A stretch of DNA of 64,000 nucleotides from Candidatus Falkowbacteria bacterium (GTDB lineage Bacteria > Patescibacteriota > Patescibacteriia > Patescibacteriales > UBA12465). The stretch covers positions 37,730 to 101,729 of the forward strand of contig JBAXJX010000002.1 of NCBI GenBank assembly GCA_037137655.1, given 5' to 3'. Under the pieces are notes generated by a model. The model did no database searches. It saw nothing but the letters and a program-made list of their open reading frames with translations, and was not told the DNA's origin. Positions 8,967 to 19,107 of this stretch are shown here, in pieces. Position 1 is the first letter of the stretch. Every line of letters starts with the position of its first letter. A program made the position numbers and the translations under genes.

Positions 8967-10121
8967 TTAGTTTCCAACTGCTGGATCATTTAAAGCTAAT
9001 TCAGCTGTTTCACGAGTGATCAATTCTGCATCATAAAGTTCTTTGATACTACGTGATAAAGTTCTCATGCCATCTTTATAGCTAGTTTCAATTACACTCT
9101 TAAGTTGGGAAGTTTTTTGCTCTCGAATCAAATTGGCTACAGCCGAATTTCTAATCATAATTTCACGAGCAGCTACGCGGCCACCACCAGCTTTTGGTAA
9201 TAAGCGTTGGGAAATTACCGCTGCTAAAATCATTGATAATTGAGAACGAATTTGGCCTTGTTGGTGGGGCGGAAAAATATCGATCATACGATCCACAGTT
9301 TGAGCGGCACTATAAGTATGTAATGTTGCCAAAACCAAGTGACCAGTTTCTGCCAAAGTAATTGCGGTAGCAATAGTTTCTAAATCGCGCATTTCTCCCA
9401 CCATCACCACATCAGGATCTTGACGCAAAATATGTTTCAAGCCATCACCAAAAGTTAACATATCAAAACCTAATTGACGTTGAGCAATAACACTCTTGTC
9501 AGATTTAAATAAGTATTCAATTGGATCTTCTAAAGTGATAATATTATAATTAAAATTCTTGTTTAAATATTCTACCATTGAAGCTAATGTTGTTGATTTA
9601 CCACAACCAGTTGGACCAGTTAATAAAACTAAGCCTTGGTTCATTGATAACAAATTATAAATAACATCAGGCATGTTAATATTGTCCAGAGTCGGAATAA
9701 TATCAGAAATAACACGAGCTGATAGACGGAAGCTATCACGTTCATGTGACAAGTTAACACGATAACGACGATCTTCAACGCTATAACCAAAATCTAAATC
9801 TTTCTCGGCCAAGAATCGAGTTTTTTGTTCCTTAGTTAACATATCGTTAACCATTTTTTCCAAAGCATTATCGGTTACAAGCTTAGCATCAGAATAATCA
9901 GCATAAGAAATATCTTTTAAAAATTTTCCATCAGCCAATAATGATTTAATATTAGCACTGATTTTTTCGGCACCATCCTCTCCTAATAAATCACCTCCAG
10001 CCACCATATCCAAAGGCAATAGCTCACCATCAATTCTAACGATTGGTGGCATACCTTTTACGATATGCAAATCAGAAGCACCACACAAAGTCGCAGTCTT
10101 TAAAAGTTTATTGATATTCAT
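8967..10121 (-). CDS. pilT: Type IV pilus retraction ATPase PilT-like
   Basis: Walker A GPTGCGKSTT, then ITLEDPIEY, DVVMVGEMRD and GHLVLATLHT. Confidence 0.9.
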   Translation of the reverse strand: MNINKLLKTATLCGASDLHIVKGMPPIVRIDGELLPLDMVAGGDLLGEDGAEKISANIKSLLADGKFLKDISYADYSDAKLVTDNALEKMVNDMLTKEQKTRFLAEKDLDFGYSVEDRRYRVNLSHERDSFRLSARVISDIIPTLDNINMPDVIYNLLSMNQGLVLLTGPTGCGKSTTLASMVEYLNKNFNYNIITLEDPIEYLFKSDKSVIAQRQLGFDMLTFGDGLKHILRQDPDVVMVGEMRDLETIATAITLAETGHLVLATLHTYSAAQTVDRMIDIFPPHQQGQIRSQLSMILAAVISQRLLPKAGGGRVAAREIMIRNSAVANLIREQKTSQLKSVIETSYKDGMRTLSRSIKELYDAELITRETAELALNDPAVGN

Positions 10122-10131
10122 AATTTAAAAA

Positions 10132-10827
10132 TTAATTCCAATTTTTATTTATTAACCCAGCTTGCGCCGCTGCAATTTGCGCCTCTTGTTTTGACAAGCC
10201 TTCGCCCGAAGAAATTAATTCTTCGCCCAAATATAAACCAACAGTAAATTTTTTTTCATGATCTGGACCTTCCTCGCTCAGAGTTTTATAAACCGGAGTG
10301 ATACCAACTTTCTCTTGGGCAATTTCTTGAAATTTTGACTTTGGATCAACATAAGATTCGCTGCGCAAAATATCTTCCAACTTAACCGCAATATTTTCTA
10401 GAATAAATTGACGAGCACTTTCAATCCCCTGATCAAGATAAATTGCCCCGATAATCGCTTCAATTGAATTAGCTAAAATATATTGGCGGGCCTTAGAATT
10501 TTTATCTTTCGATTCACCGCGAGATAAAAATAAATAATTTTCCACACCAAGTTCACTGGCAATTTGGTATAACATTTTAGCGTTAACCAGTGAAGCGCGC
10601 CAATTAGTTAAATCACCTTCCGGAGTGTTTGGATAATTTAAATACAAATGTTCGGTAATAACAATTTCCAAAACAGCATCACCTAAAAATTCCAAGCGTT
10701 CATTATGACCAACCGAAAAATCTGGATGCTCATTTAAATACGATCGGTGAACCAAGGCCTGACGCAGTAAATCTTTGTTTTTAAAAGTGACCTTAATTTT
10801 ATTTTCAAAAACACTTAAGTTGTTCAT
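10132..10827 (-). CDS. rnc: Ribonuclease III
   Basis: Signature NERLEFLGDAVL plus a C-terminal dsRBD (GPDHEKKFTV...GEGLSKQEAQIAAA). Confidence 0.93.
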   Translation of the reverse strand: MNNLSVFENKIKVTFKNKDLLRQALVHRSYLNEHPDFSVGHNERLEFLGDAVLEIVITEHLYLNYPNTPEGDLTNWRASLVNAKMLYQIASELGVENYLFLSRGESKDKNSKARQYILANSIEAIIGAIYLDQGIESARQFILENIAVKLEDILRSESYVDPKSKFQEIAQEKVGITPVYKTLSEEGPDHEKKFTVGLYLGEELISSGEGLSKQEAQIAAAQAGLINKNWN

Positions 10828-10837
10828 ATAATGATTA

Positions 10838-11386
10838 TTATTCAGTCACTTCTTCAACGCCATCTTCAGCTGATTCATCACTAGTCTCACTAGTTTTATC
10901 AATCGCTAAAGCACGATCTTTTTCTTCTTGTTTTTTCTTTTCCCAAATCTCTTCGCGCCGCGCTTTCTCATCTTCCGGCATATTATTGTAAATCGCACCT
11001 AAAACACCATTAACAAATTTTCCTGAAGCATCACCGCCAAAAGCCTTACCAATTTCAATCGCCTCATTAATCGCCACGCGCGGTGGAATATTATCATTAA
11101 ACATTAATTCGTAAATACCAATACGTAAAATATTACGGTCCACAATCACGATTTGTTCTAGTGGCCATTCAGTCGCATATTTACGAATACTATTATCAAT
11201 TTCTTCTAAGTGCTCAATCACGCCATTAACAGTCTCTTTTACGAAACCATGGTCGTTAAAATGGGGAGCGAAGTTAGCAAAATTCTCATCAATTAATTCA
11301 TTGATGCTTTCTTTTTTTTGACCATTGAAATCCCAGGCGAACAAAGTTTGCATGGCAATAGTTCTGGCAAGGTGTCTGTTGGACAT
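10838..11386 (-). CDS. nusB: Transcription antitermination factor NusB with an acidic C-terminal tail
   Basis: NusB-like N-terminus [16 protein letters not shown] at the ATG at 11386. The track ORF starts at a GTG (11434). Conserved [12 protein letters not shown]. Confidence 0.88.
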   Translation of the reverse strand: MSNRHLARTIAMQTLFAWDFNGQKKESINELIDENFANFAPHFNDHGFVKETVNGVIEHLEEIDNSIRKYATEWPLEQIVIVDRNILRIGIYELMFNDNIPPRVAINEAIEIGKAFGGDASGKFVNGVLGAIYNNMPEDEKARREEIWEKKKQEEKDRALAIDKTSETSDESAEDGVEEVTE

Positions 11387-11461
11387 ATAAATTATTGGAG
11401 CTAAAGCATATAAAGCCATAAAGTCTATTTTCACAAATAGACTTTATATCCTTATAAACTT

Positions 11462-11671
11462 TTAAGCTTTCTTTTTAGCTGGAGTGGCTTTTTTAACTTT
11501 GATTGCAACAACAACGCGGCCTTTGTAAGAGCCACAAAATGAGCAAGCAGTGTGAGGTTTAACGGCCTTGCCACATTTTGGACAAACATTTAAAGTAACT
11601 GGCTTTAAAGCTAAATGAGAACGGTTTTTACCGACGGCACTTTTGGTACGTCTTTTCTTTGGATTTGCCAT
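11462..11671 (-). CDS. rpmF: 50S ribosomal protein L32
   Basis: N-terminus MANPKKRRTKSAVGKNRSH plus a CxxC...CxxC zinc ribbon. Confidence 0.93.
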   Translation of the reverse strand: MANPKKRRTKSAVGKNRSHLALKPVTLNVCPKCGKAVKPHTACSFCGSYKGRVVVAIKVKKATPAKKKA

Positions 11672-11743
11672 AAAAAATGGAAAAAATTAATAAATAAACT
11701 ATGCTTCTAATTTATACTAAAGCCGGGAAATAGTCAAGAAAAA

Positions 11744-11776
11744 TAAAAAACCCGTCTCAAATTAATGAAACGGGTT
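11744..11776 (-). terminator. Intrinsic terminator of the 11798 ORF
   Basis: On the minus strand, ACCCGT-loop-ACGGGT followed by TTTTTT. Confidence 0.7.
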
Positions 11777-11797
11777 GCAAGTGTTGGCGATATCACT

Positions 11798-12331
11798 TTA
11801 AATACCTTTTAAAAATTGACTTTCCGGCATAATAAATTGATAATATTCGCGATCCATCCAAAGGTGCGGATCATCTAATTCTAAGGTATAAACCGCAAAT
11901 TCTGATTTTTCCCTAACTGTGTGTCCTTGCACCAAAACGACAAATAAATTAGCACTCAAATTATTAATATCAATCATTTGATACTCATCTTTCTTGCAAA
12001 GAAAGAAGCTAAAATTGCCTTTTAAACATTCACCGTAAACGGTACAAAATTCCACCACTTGATTTTGGGTTAAAACTCTCTCGTCCCATGTCTTATGATA
12101 AACGGAAAAAATATCAGCTAAGGTAAATTCAGTGCCCTCAATCTTATACATTCTAAGATAATGGGAACGACTAGGAATCTTAGATCTTTGCGAGAAAAAT
12201 GAGTTAATAAAATCTGAGCTAATAAATAATTTAAAAATGAAGTTGGCTGACCCAATAAGCTTGGAGCCATCAAGAGCTTTAATTGGCATACTAACGCCAG
12301 CTAAACTTAATTTTTCAGGTTTAGTTTCCAT
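11798..12331 (-). CDS. Hypothetical protein (177 aa)
   Basis: ATG start, own promoter (TTGACA..TGGTAAATT at about 12385-12415) and own terminator. No recognisable domain. Confidence 0.6.
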   Translation of the reverse strand: METKPEKLSLAGVSMPIKALDGSKLIGSANFIFKLFISSDFINSFFSQRSKIPSRSHYLRMYKIEGTEFTLADIFSVYHKTWDERVLTQNQVVEFCTVYGECLKGNFSFFLCKKDEYQMIDINNLSANLFVVLVQGHTVREKSEFAVYTLELDDPHLWMDREYYQFIMPESQFLKGI

Positions 12332-12417
12332 GATCTAATGTAATTATGATTTGGTTTATACTTTTGTTCAAGAACGATGTTGATATAAAAATTTACCATA
12401 TTTGGGAAATTTGTCAA

Positions 12418-12452
12418 ATAAAAAATCCTGCTTCATTTGCGAAACAGGATTT
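12418..12452 (-). terminator. Intrinsic terminator of the 12470 ORF
   Basis: On the minus strand, AATCCTG-loop-CAGGATT followed by TTTTTATTT. Confidence 0.7.
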
Positions 12453-12469
12453 AAGTCTTAAGATTTATC

Positions 12470-12979
12470 TTAAGCTGGGAGACACCAAAAATCATTTCTT
12501 ACTGGAGATTCAATGGGAAAACTAATTTTATAAATTCCTAACTCTGGATCAACCACTGTTAACATTGGAATAATATAAAGATTATCTTTACCTTGCCAAA
12601 CGACACTGGCCATTAAAAGTGGGAACAAAGCTTTATTATCAACATATTCTAATGCTAATAAAAACAATGTTGGAAAATCAAGAAATTTAAGATCTTCTTC
12701 CTCGGCTGTATCAACGATAACATCAAAATTAATATTAGGGCGTAAATCTCTGTAAATTGGAGTGATATCATCTAGTCCAACTTTTTTATCCTGATATTTT
12801 TGTAAATCAGTAAGTTGAATGATAATCTCTGAAACATTTTTAGTTCCAGTGCTTAAAGAATTTCTATTTTCAGCATTATACTTAATTATTTCAATAAGTT
12901 CACGAACACTAAATCTATTTATTCCGGCAATTGCAAATAAATTCTGTAGTTCAGCCACGGTAATTATAATCTTTTCCAT
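12470..12979 (-). CDS. Hypothetical protein (169 aa)
   Basis: ATG start, own promoter (TTGACA-17-TACAAT with TGA at about 13025-13053) and own terminator. No recognisable domain. Confidence 0.6.
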   Translation of the reverse strand: MEKIIITVAELQNLFAIAGINRFSVRELIEIIKYNAENRNSLSTGTKNVSEIIIQLTDLQKYQDKKVGLDDITPIYRDLRPNINFDVIVDTAEEEDLKFLDFPTLFLLALEYVDNKALFPLLMASVVWQGKDNLYIIPMLTVVDPELGIYKISFPIESPVRNDFWCLPA

Positions 12980-13060
12980 ATATGCGGTTTTTAGTGAATA
13001 TTAAATTTTTAAATAACTAAAAACATTGTATCATAATGGCTTATTTTTGTCAATATTAAC

Positions 13061-13095
13061 AAAAAGACCAATCCTGATTTTAACAAGATTGGTCT
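13061..13095 (-). terminator. Intrinsic terminator of the pilin gene
   Basis: On the minus strand, a 12-bp stem AGACCAATCTTG/CAGGATTGGTCT followed by TTTTT. Confidence 0.7.
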
Positions 13096-13114
13096 AGGTT
13101 TTAATAAGCTTATT

Positions 13115-14500
13115 TTAATTGCGAATACAGCGAATTGGGAAGCCATTGCCTTCTGGGGCTGAGGCTGAATAAATATATGCATTACTATAGGTAACCCTAT
13201 TATAATCTGCCCTAAAGTCAGAACCTCCATAAGTACTTGCGCCATTTGCTATCCATAAATAAGCGTCGATATTTCTACTGTAAAAAGCACCGTCAGCGGC
13301 GCGTTCACCGGAAAGCAAAAGATTAAATCCACTCATACCACAAATACCATCATTTGGATTAACGCAACCATTATTGCCAGAAACAGGATTGTTAAGCGCT
13401 TTTTTAAAACTATCACCAGCCGGAGCACATGTCCAAGACATACCGTTACCGCAAGCGCCTGTAGCTAATGCTGTTTTTATACCTAAATATTCGGTCTTAC
13501 TTGGAAGGTGCCAGCCACTTGGACAAATACCTTGACGTGAAGTACTGTCTGGATCAGCAAAATTACAATCACTATACCCAGTCACACTCGCCACACAAGT
13601 AGTACCATCACAAACATGGGAAGTGGCCTGACAATGATTAGGCAAACCCATAGCCATGGTCCACTCATATAAACCACCATCCGTAGCACAATTAGCCGCA
13701 TCATTATTATAGCAATATTTTTCTGGATTATTTACGGGACTAGTACTGGTCTGACAAGACCAATATCCGTTATTATTGTAGCCAACGCAGCCACTCTGAG
13801 TTGATGAAGCACTATTAACCATGGTTCCAATATTTAAATTCTTGGCAAGTAAAATTTTACCATTAATAGTAACAGTTGGGTAATTTTCACCGCCATAAGA
13901 ACAAGATGATTCACCTAAAGTACTAGCTGAACATGGAGCTGCTGGTGGGCTCTGGCAAACGCCAGCACTACAAACCTGACCGCCCGTACAAGCTGGGCGA
14001 CAAGAAACACCAGCCACATAGAATCCACCATCTTTAATCCAACCACAATCACCTGGCATATTAATTCCAGCCGGTGAAGCACAATGTCCACCAGCAGGCA
14101 TACCACCAACCGGACCACCAAGACAATAAGAAATAGTGTAAGATGTGCCATCGCCACTTGGCGAATAGAAATATTTATTATTATCCGAACTAGAACAACC
14201 GTTATCCGCTGGAGTTGGCGGAGTTGGAATTATCGCCATATAAGTTGTAGTACCGTTAGTGGAAGTAGAATAAATCGAACCAGCGGCAAGCTCGCTTGCA
14301 GTTGGATATCTATTTTGATCGTTAAAAAATAATTCGAGTGCCGTTTGCATTTGTTTCACATCAGCCACACGGCGCGCATCACGAGACTTAGCTCGCGCGC
14401 TTTGCAATGCTATCGTAGCCATCGTAGCCAAAATACCAATAATGGCTATAACAACAAGAAGCTCGATCAAAGTAAAAGCGCGTAATTTTCTACGAGTCAT
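13115..14500 (-). CDS. Type IV pilin-like protein fused to a FISUMP-like (Fibrobacter succinogenes major paralogous) Cys-rich domain
   Basis: Prepilin motif AFTLIELLVVIAIIGILA. C-terminal NYPTVTINGK..AKNLNIGT, GGLYEW, GICPSGWHLPSKTEY, and the ending FPIRCIRN. Confidence 0.85.
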   Translation of the reverse strand: MTRRKLRAFTLIELLVVIAIIGILATMATIALQSARAKSRDARRVADVKQMQTALELFFNDQNRYPTASELAAGSIYSTSTNGTTTYMAIIPTPPTPADNGCSSSDNNKYFYSPSGDGTSYTISYCLGGPVGGMPAGGHCASPAGINMPGDCGWIKDGGFYVAGVSCRPACTGGQVCSAGVCQSPPAAPCSASTLGESSCSYGGENYPTVTINGKILLAKNLNIGTMVNSASSTQSGCVGYNNNGYWSCQTSTSPVNNPEKYCYNNDAANCATDGGLYEWTMAMGLPNHCQATSHVCDGTTCVASVTGYSDCNFADPDSTSRQGICPSGWHLPSKTEYLGIKTALATGACGNGMSWTCAPAGDSFKKALNNPVSGNNGCVNPNDGICGMSGFNLLLSGERAADGAFYSRNIDAYLWIANGASTYGGSDFRADYNRVTYSNAYIYSASAPEGNGFPIRCIRN

Positions 14501-14512
14501 AAAGTTAAAATT

Positions 14513-16333
14513 TTATTTTTTTGGGCCAACAATTGCTTCAAAAGCATCTTTCTCAATCGTCTCTTTAAGCATTAATTCGTTAGCAATCTTATCTAAAAAC
14601 TCTTTTTTCTCAGCAATTATTTTCTCAGCCAAAACGCTAGCCTGAGTTATGAATTCAGCAATTTCCTCATCAATTTTTTCGGCAATTTTTTCACTATAAT
14701 CCCGTTGTTCGTGAATCTCGCGACCCAAGAAAATCATCTCTTCCTTCTCACCAAAAGTGCGAATACCTAAATGATTACTCATACCATAATCCGTTACCAA
14801 GTGGCGCGCCAAAGCAGTAGCGCGACGCAAATCAGAAGTAGCACCAGTCGTCACTTCACCAAAAATATGTTTTTCAGTTAACTGTCCGGCCACTAATACC
14901 GCCAATTCGTTCACAAATTCACTCTTCGAATGTAAATGACGATCTTCGGTTGGTAATTTTAAAGTATATCCGCCAGCTTGACCGCGAGCAATAATTGAAA
15001 TCTTATGTACTGCGTCCGTGCCCGGCAAAAAGTGGGCCACAATTGCATGACCAGCTTCATGATAAGCGGTAATCTTTTTTTCACGCTCCGTAATAACGCG
15101 ACTCTTACGTTCTGGGCCCATCATAACTTTTTCAATCGCTTCTAATAATTCAGCGGAATCAATACTTTTTTTATTTTGGCGAGCAGTTAAAATCGCGCCC
15201 TCATTTAAAACATTTTCTAAATCAGCTCCAGAAAATCCTGGAGTACGTTCTGCGACTAATTTCAAATCTACGTCTTTGGATAATGGTTTTTTGCGCGCAT
15301 GAACTTTTAATATTTCAATACGATCTGCAATGTCTGGTAAATCAATTGTTACTTGACGATCAAAACGACCCGGACGAAGCAAAGCTGGATCTAAAACATC
15401 AGGACGGTTAGTAGCAGCAATCACAATCACACTGACATTTGGTTCAAAGCCATCCATCTCAACTAAGATTTGATTTAAAGTTTGTTCCCGCTCATCATGA
15501 GAACCACCCATACCAGAACCACGCTTGCGACCGACAGCATCAATTTCATCAATAAAAATTATACAAGGAGAATTCTTCTTAGCCTTTTGAAAAAGAGAGC
15601 GAACTCGAGAAGCACCAACACCCACAAACATTTCTACAAACTCGGAACCGGAAATACTGAAAAAAGGTACACCAGCTTCACCGGCCACGCTGCGGGCCAT
15701 TAAAGTTTTACCAACACCAGGATTACCTAAAAGCAAAACACCCTTTGGAATGCGTGCGCCAAGATCATGAAATTTTTTCGGTGCTTTTAAGAACTCCACA
15801 ATTTCGTGTAATTCTTCCTTAGCTTCTTTAGCTCCAGCAACATCATCAAAAGTAACTTTATTTTTTTGGTCTTTATCAAACTCGCGTGCTTGGCTTTGGC
15901 CAAACATCATCGCTTTAGAATTAGAATTAGCCACACCGCGCATCATAAAAAATAAGAACACACCAATCAAGATGAATGGTAAAATAAATGGCAAAAGACT
16001 GGTAAGCCAGAATTCAAAACCAGTATCTTGTTTTACGGAAATTTTAACATTACTTAATTTAGTCTCATCAATATTATAATTTTTTATGATAGTCGAAAAA
16101 GAATCATTCGGCTCTTTTTGTGTAATTTTTTTAGAACCGTCGTGTAGAGTAATATTTAAATTATCACCCGAAACAACAATCTCTGAAACATTAGCATTGT
16201 TAATTTGGGTAATCATGTATTGCAAATCGACTTGCTCTGGTTTAACAGTTTTGTCGGTCCACATACTAAAAATAGCCGCAATTATCAAAAAAGCAACAAA
16301 ATAGACAAGAAAATTCTTTAATAAGTTTTTCAT
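14513..16333 (-). CDS. ftsH: ATP-dependent zinc metalloprotease FtsH
   Basis: Walker A GNPGVGKT, second region of homology, zinc site HEAGHAI, and two N-terminal TM helices. Confidence 0.95.
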   Translation of the reverse strand: MKNLLKNFLVYFVAFLIIAAIFSMWTDKTVKPEQVDLQYMITQINNANVSEIVVSGDNLNITLHDGSKKITQKEPNDSFSTIIKNYNIDETKLSNVKISVKQDTGFEFWLTSLLPFILPFILIGVFLFFMMRGVANSNSKAMMFGQSQAREFDKDQKNKVTFDDVAGAKEAKEELHEIVEFLKAPKKFHDLGARIPKGVLLLGNPGVGKTLMARSVAGEAGVPFFSISGSEFVEMFVGVGASRVRSLFQKAKKNSPCIIFIDEIDAVGRKRGSGMGGSHDEREQTLNQILVEMDGFEPNVSVIVIAATNRPDVLDPALLRPGRFDRQVTIDLPDIADRIEILKVHARKKPLSKDVDLKLVAERTPGFSGADLENVLNEGAILTARQNKKSIDSAELLEAIEKVMMGPERKSRVITEREKKITAYHEAGHAIVAHFLPGTDAVHKISIIARGQAGGYTLKLPTEDRHLHSKSEFVNELAVLVAGQLTEKHIFGEVTTGATSDLRRATALARHLVTDYGMSNHLGIRTFGEKEEMIFLGREIHEQRDYSEKIAEKIDEEIAEFITQASVLAEKIIAEKKEFLDKIANELMLKETIEKDAFEAIVGPKK

Positions 16334-16399
16334 AAAATATAGAAATTAAGGTGTTTTATTATAGATTTAGTATATAATAGCTTTTGTCTTTTGGCAAAC

Positions 16400-16430
16400 A
16401 AAAAAGCCCCACCAACGGCGGGGCTTTTTA
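16400..16430 (-). terminator. Intrinsic terminator of rpsA
   Basis: On the minus strand, AGCCCCGCC-gtt-GGTGGGGCT followed by TTTTTT. An ftsH promoter TTGCCA-17-TATACT follows. Confidence 0.7.
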
Positions 16431-16443
16431 TATGTTTTAAAAA

Positions 16444-17664
16444 CTATTCAGCTTTCGCTTTTTTAGTTTTCTTTTCAGTTTTTACTTCTTCAGATTCTTC
16501 TTCAGATTCTTCGCTTTCCGCTTTTTCAGCTTTAGCTTTTTTAGCTTTGGCTGGTTTAGCTTCATCGCTAACTTCTTCACTTGAACTAGCGCCATCTTTA
16601 ACTAATTTTAAAGCTAAACGATGTTCTTGTGGGGAAATAGATAGAATTTCAAAGCTCTTTTCTTCACCAATCTTAAACAATTCATTAATCTTTTGTTGTT
16701 TGTTTAAGTTAAGTTGCATCAAGTGAGCTAAACCATGAATATCGTCATCCAATTTTACAAATAAACCAAATGGATTAATCTTCAAGATTGAACCTTTAAC
16801 AACTTGGCCGATTTGATATTTGTTAGCTGCTTCGATCCATGGATCTTTCATGATTTTTTTAGCACTTAAGAAAATCTTATTGCCATCAATAGTCACGATT
16901 TCAGCTTTAATCTTATCACCAACTTTGTACAAACTTGATGGAGAATCAATTCTCTGCCAAGCTAATTCAGAAATATGAATCAAACCTTCCATGTTTTCAT
17001 CAAAAGAGATGAACACACCAAAGTTTGTAACTGCAGTGATTTTACCGTCAACAACTTGACCAACTTGGTATTTATCCAAAATATGTTTTTGTTTTTTGTT
17101 CCAAACATCTTTCTCACTGAAAATAATTTTGCCATCATTTTCATCAATAGTAATAACATTAACTTCAAATTCTTGGCCAACAAATGATTTCAATTTTTCC
17201 AAGATCTTGCTCTTGTCACCACCGGAAACACGAGGGTAATTATCTGGAGCTAATTGTGATACTGGTAAGAAACCGTTGATTTGGTAATAACGAGAAAGCA
17301 AACCGCCTTTGTTAGCGTCAATAATTTTAACCAAAACAGTCGCTTTATTTTTGTGAGCTTCACGCAATTTTTCCCAAGCTTTTTCTTGACCAACTTGGCG
17401 GAATGATAATTCCAAATTGCCATGTTCGTTTTCTTCTTCCACGACCATAGCTTCAACTTCGTCACCTGGTTTTAAATTCGCATATTCCTCAGCCTCATCA
17501 TAAAGCTCTGGACCACGCACAATACCAGTAGATACACCATCGATATCCAAACGAACCTCAGCTTTAGAAGCGGCCAAAACGATACCTTTAACGATGTCGC
17601 CGGCTTGAGGGATTTTTAACTCTTCTTTTTCCAATAACTCGGAAAAAGTATTATTATCTGACAT
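16444..17664 (-). CDS. rpsA: 30S ribosomal protein S1 (four S1 domains) with a K/E/A-rich tail
   Basis: Repeated S1 OB-fold motifs (GDIVKGIV, GFLPVSQL, GVFISF..GLIHISEL, GLFVKL..HGLAHL). Confidence 0.92.
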   Translation of the reverse strand: MSDNNTFSELLEKEELKIPQAGDIVKGIVLAASKAEVRLDIDGVSTGIVRGPELYDEAEEYANLKPGDEVEAMVVEEENEHGNLELSFRQVGQEKAWEKLREAHKNKATVLVKIIDANKGGLLSRYYQINGFLPVSQLAPDNYPRVSGGDKSKILEKLKSFVGQEFEVNVITIDENDGKIIFSEKDVWNKKQKHILDKYQVGQVVDGKITAVTNFGVFISFDENMEGLIHISELAWQRIDSPSSLYKVGDKIKAEIVTIDGNKIFLSAKKIMKDPWIEAANKYQIGQVVKGSILKINPFGLFVKLDDDIHGLAHLMQLNLNKQQKINELFKIGEEKSFEILSISPQEHRLALKLVKDGASSSEEVSDEAKPAKAKKAKAEKAESEESEEESEEVKTEKKTKKAKAE

Positions 17665-17689
17665 ATTTTATAAAAGCGTTTCTATTCCT

Positions 17690-17800
17690 TAAAATAAAAA
17701 AACACTTTTAACCTTCTTATTCAGAAAGTCCCGCGTCCACCTCGGCTAAGTGCCTAAAAACGGGGGTTTAATTAAAGGTGTTTTATTCTTTTGTTAATTA
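17690..17800 (-). promoter_or_regulatory. Candidate structured leader or attenuator upstream of rpsA
   Basis: The minus-strand 5' segment AAAACACCTTT can pair either with GAGGTG or with the distal AAAAGTGTTTT, which is followed by a T-run about 30 nt before the ATG. Confidence 0.3.
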
Positions 17801-17841
17801 AAATTATCTTAACCTAAATATGAAAAAAAGGCAATAGTCAC

Positions 17842-17870
17842 AAAAAAACGCCCCAAGTGGGGCGTTTTTT
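17842..17870 (-). terminator. Intrinsic terminator of the 17884 ORF
   Basis: AACGCCCCA-loop-GGGGCGTT flanked by A and T runs. Confidence 0.7.
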
Positions 17871-17883
17871 ACTATATTAAATT

Positions 17884-18717
17884 TTATTTGTTCAACTCCT
17901 CGGCACTCATAGATGAATAAATACTTTCTTTCATTTTAGAGCCGCCACCAGAACCAATGCTACCGCCCATGGAAACATTTTTATTACTTGTAGCTTTATT
18001 ACCTTGTTTAGCAACAATCTCTTCCATGTTTGCAAGTTCTTCTTGTTGTTCACTTGATAATAATTCTGAACTTAAATCTTTTTGAAAATTCTCAAAACCA
18101 GCTTTAGAATTAAAGAAGCTTGTTTTATAACCAGCCTTCTTAAAAATATCACTTAAGCCGCTGTATACACTAGTTCCAGTGGGTGTATTTAAAATCTTCA
18201 TCATTGTTGGATAATCTTTTAACGCTTTTTTAGGCGCCTCAGCATTAATTTCATTTACTTGAAGTTGAACGCTATTCATAAGACGAGTTAACTGCGTTTG
18301 TTGTTTTGGATCCAAATCTCCTTTTATATTTTTCATGAAATCAACTGTTCGTTGCAAAGTAATAACTTGAGTTTTATTATACAAATTGCCGCCAGTTAAA
18401 CCAGAAAAGGACTCTTTATCTTTAGCTAAAGATTCAGCGCTATAACCAATGTTATCGAATAAACGTTTTTGCTCCGCAGTTTGTGGTAGAGATTCAAGCT
18501 TACCCGCCATTGGTTTTAAATCAGCTGATGTACTGATTTGCTCGCGCACAGAACTAATTGCTTCGCCGGCAATTTTTTGATCATTAGCTTTTTGAGTTGC
18601 AATTTCCTCCACAGAGGCAACTGGTGCAACAGCATCAATATTATTTTCACTTGAAGTTTTTTCTTTTTCTAAAGTCGCGACGTTTTCGTTAGAGTTAATT
18701 TCTTCTAATTTTGGCAT
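17884..18717 (-). CDS. Hypothetical protein (277 aa), polar and low complexity
   Basis: ATG start. Promoter TTGACT-17-TATTAT (with TGG) at about 18737-18770. No recognisable domain. Confidence 0.6.
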   Translation of the reverse strand: MPKLEEINSNENVATLEKEKTSSENNIDAVAPVASVEEIATQKANDQKIAGEAISSVREQISTSADLKPMAGKLESLPQTAEQKRLFDNIGYSAESLAKDKESFSGLTGGNLYNKTQVITLQRTVDFMKNIKGDLDPKQQTQLTRLMNSVQLQVNEINAEAPKKALKDYPTMMKILNTPTGTSVYSGLSDIFKKAGYKTSFFNSKAGFENFQKDLSSELLSSEQQEELANMEEIVAKQGNKATSNKNVSMGGSIGSGGGSKMKESIYSSMSAEELNK

Positions 18718-18778
18718 ACACTTAAAATTATTAAATTATTATAAACTAATAATACCACAGGAATGGTGAAAAGTCAAT

Positions 18779-18806
18779 AAAAAAAGCTCGCCGGATGGTG
18801 AGCTTT
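18779..18806 (-). terminator. Intrinsic terminator of the 18807 ORF
   Basis: On the minus strand, AAAGCTC-loop-GAGCTTT followed by TTTTT. Confidence 0.6.
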
Positions 18807-19025
18807 TCAATTATAGCAAATCAAATTTTTGTCGGCCAGTTGATTTTGTTTGGCAATAATTTTAGCCAAAACATAATCCTTGTCTGGAATATTGTCCATA
18901 AATAATCCATTTATTGGAATATTGTAGGTGGGCAAATGTCTAGAATCTTTTGGTGGCGGAACAAAGTTTGATTTTGGCGAACGGCTAGAAATTTTTTTCC
19001 AGCGCTCCAAAATTATTTGTAACAT
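18807..19025 (-). CDS. Small hypothetical protein (72 aa)
   Basis: ATG preceded by a perfect GGAGG (19036-19032) at 6-nt spacing. Own terminator. Confidence 0.55.
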   Translation of the reverse strand: MLQIILERWKKISSRSPKSNFVPPPKDSRHLPTYNIPINGLFMDNIPDKDYVLAKIIAKQNQLADKNLICYN

Positions 19026-19107
19026 AATACACCTCCTTGTCTGTATTTTTTTTACTTAGTATTTATGTTAATTATAATCTACCATATTTTAAAACTAATG
19101 TCAAATT

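Noticed and set aside
13009-13245. 78-aa minus-strand ORF overlapping the pilin gene end and its terminator
   Set aside because: It spans the pilin terminator and the promoter of the next gene and overlaps the pilin C-terminus out of frame.
16391-16726. 111-aa plus-strand ORF, and the 37005-37187 minus-strand ORF, both lysine/serine-rich
   Set aside because: They are antisense or frame-shifted translations of the repetitive K/E/A-tail coding regions of rpsA and nusA. The low-complexity sequences are artefacts.
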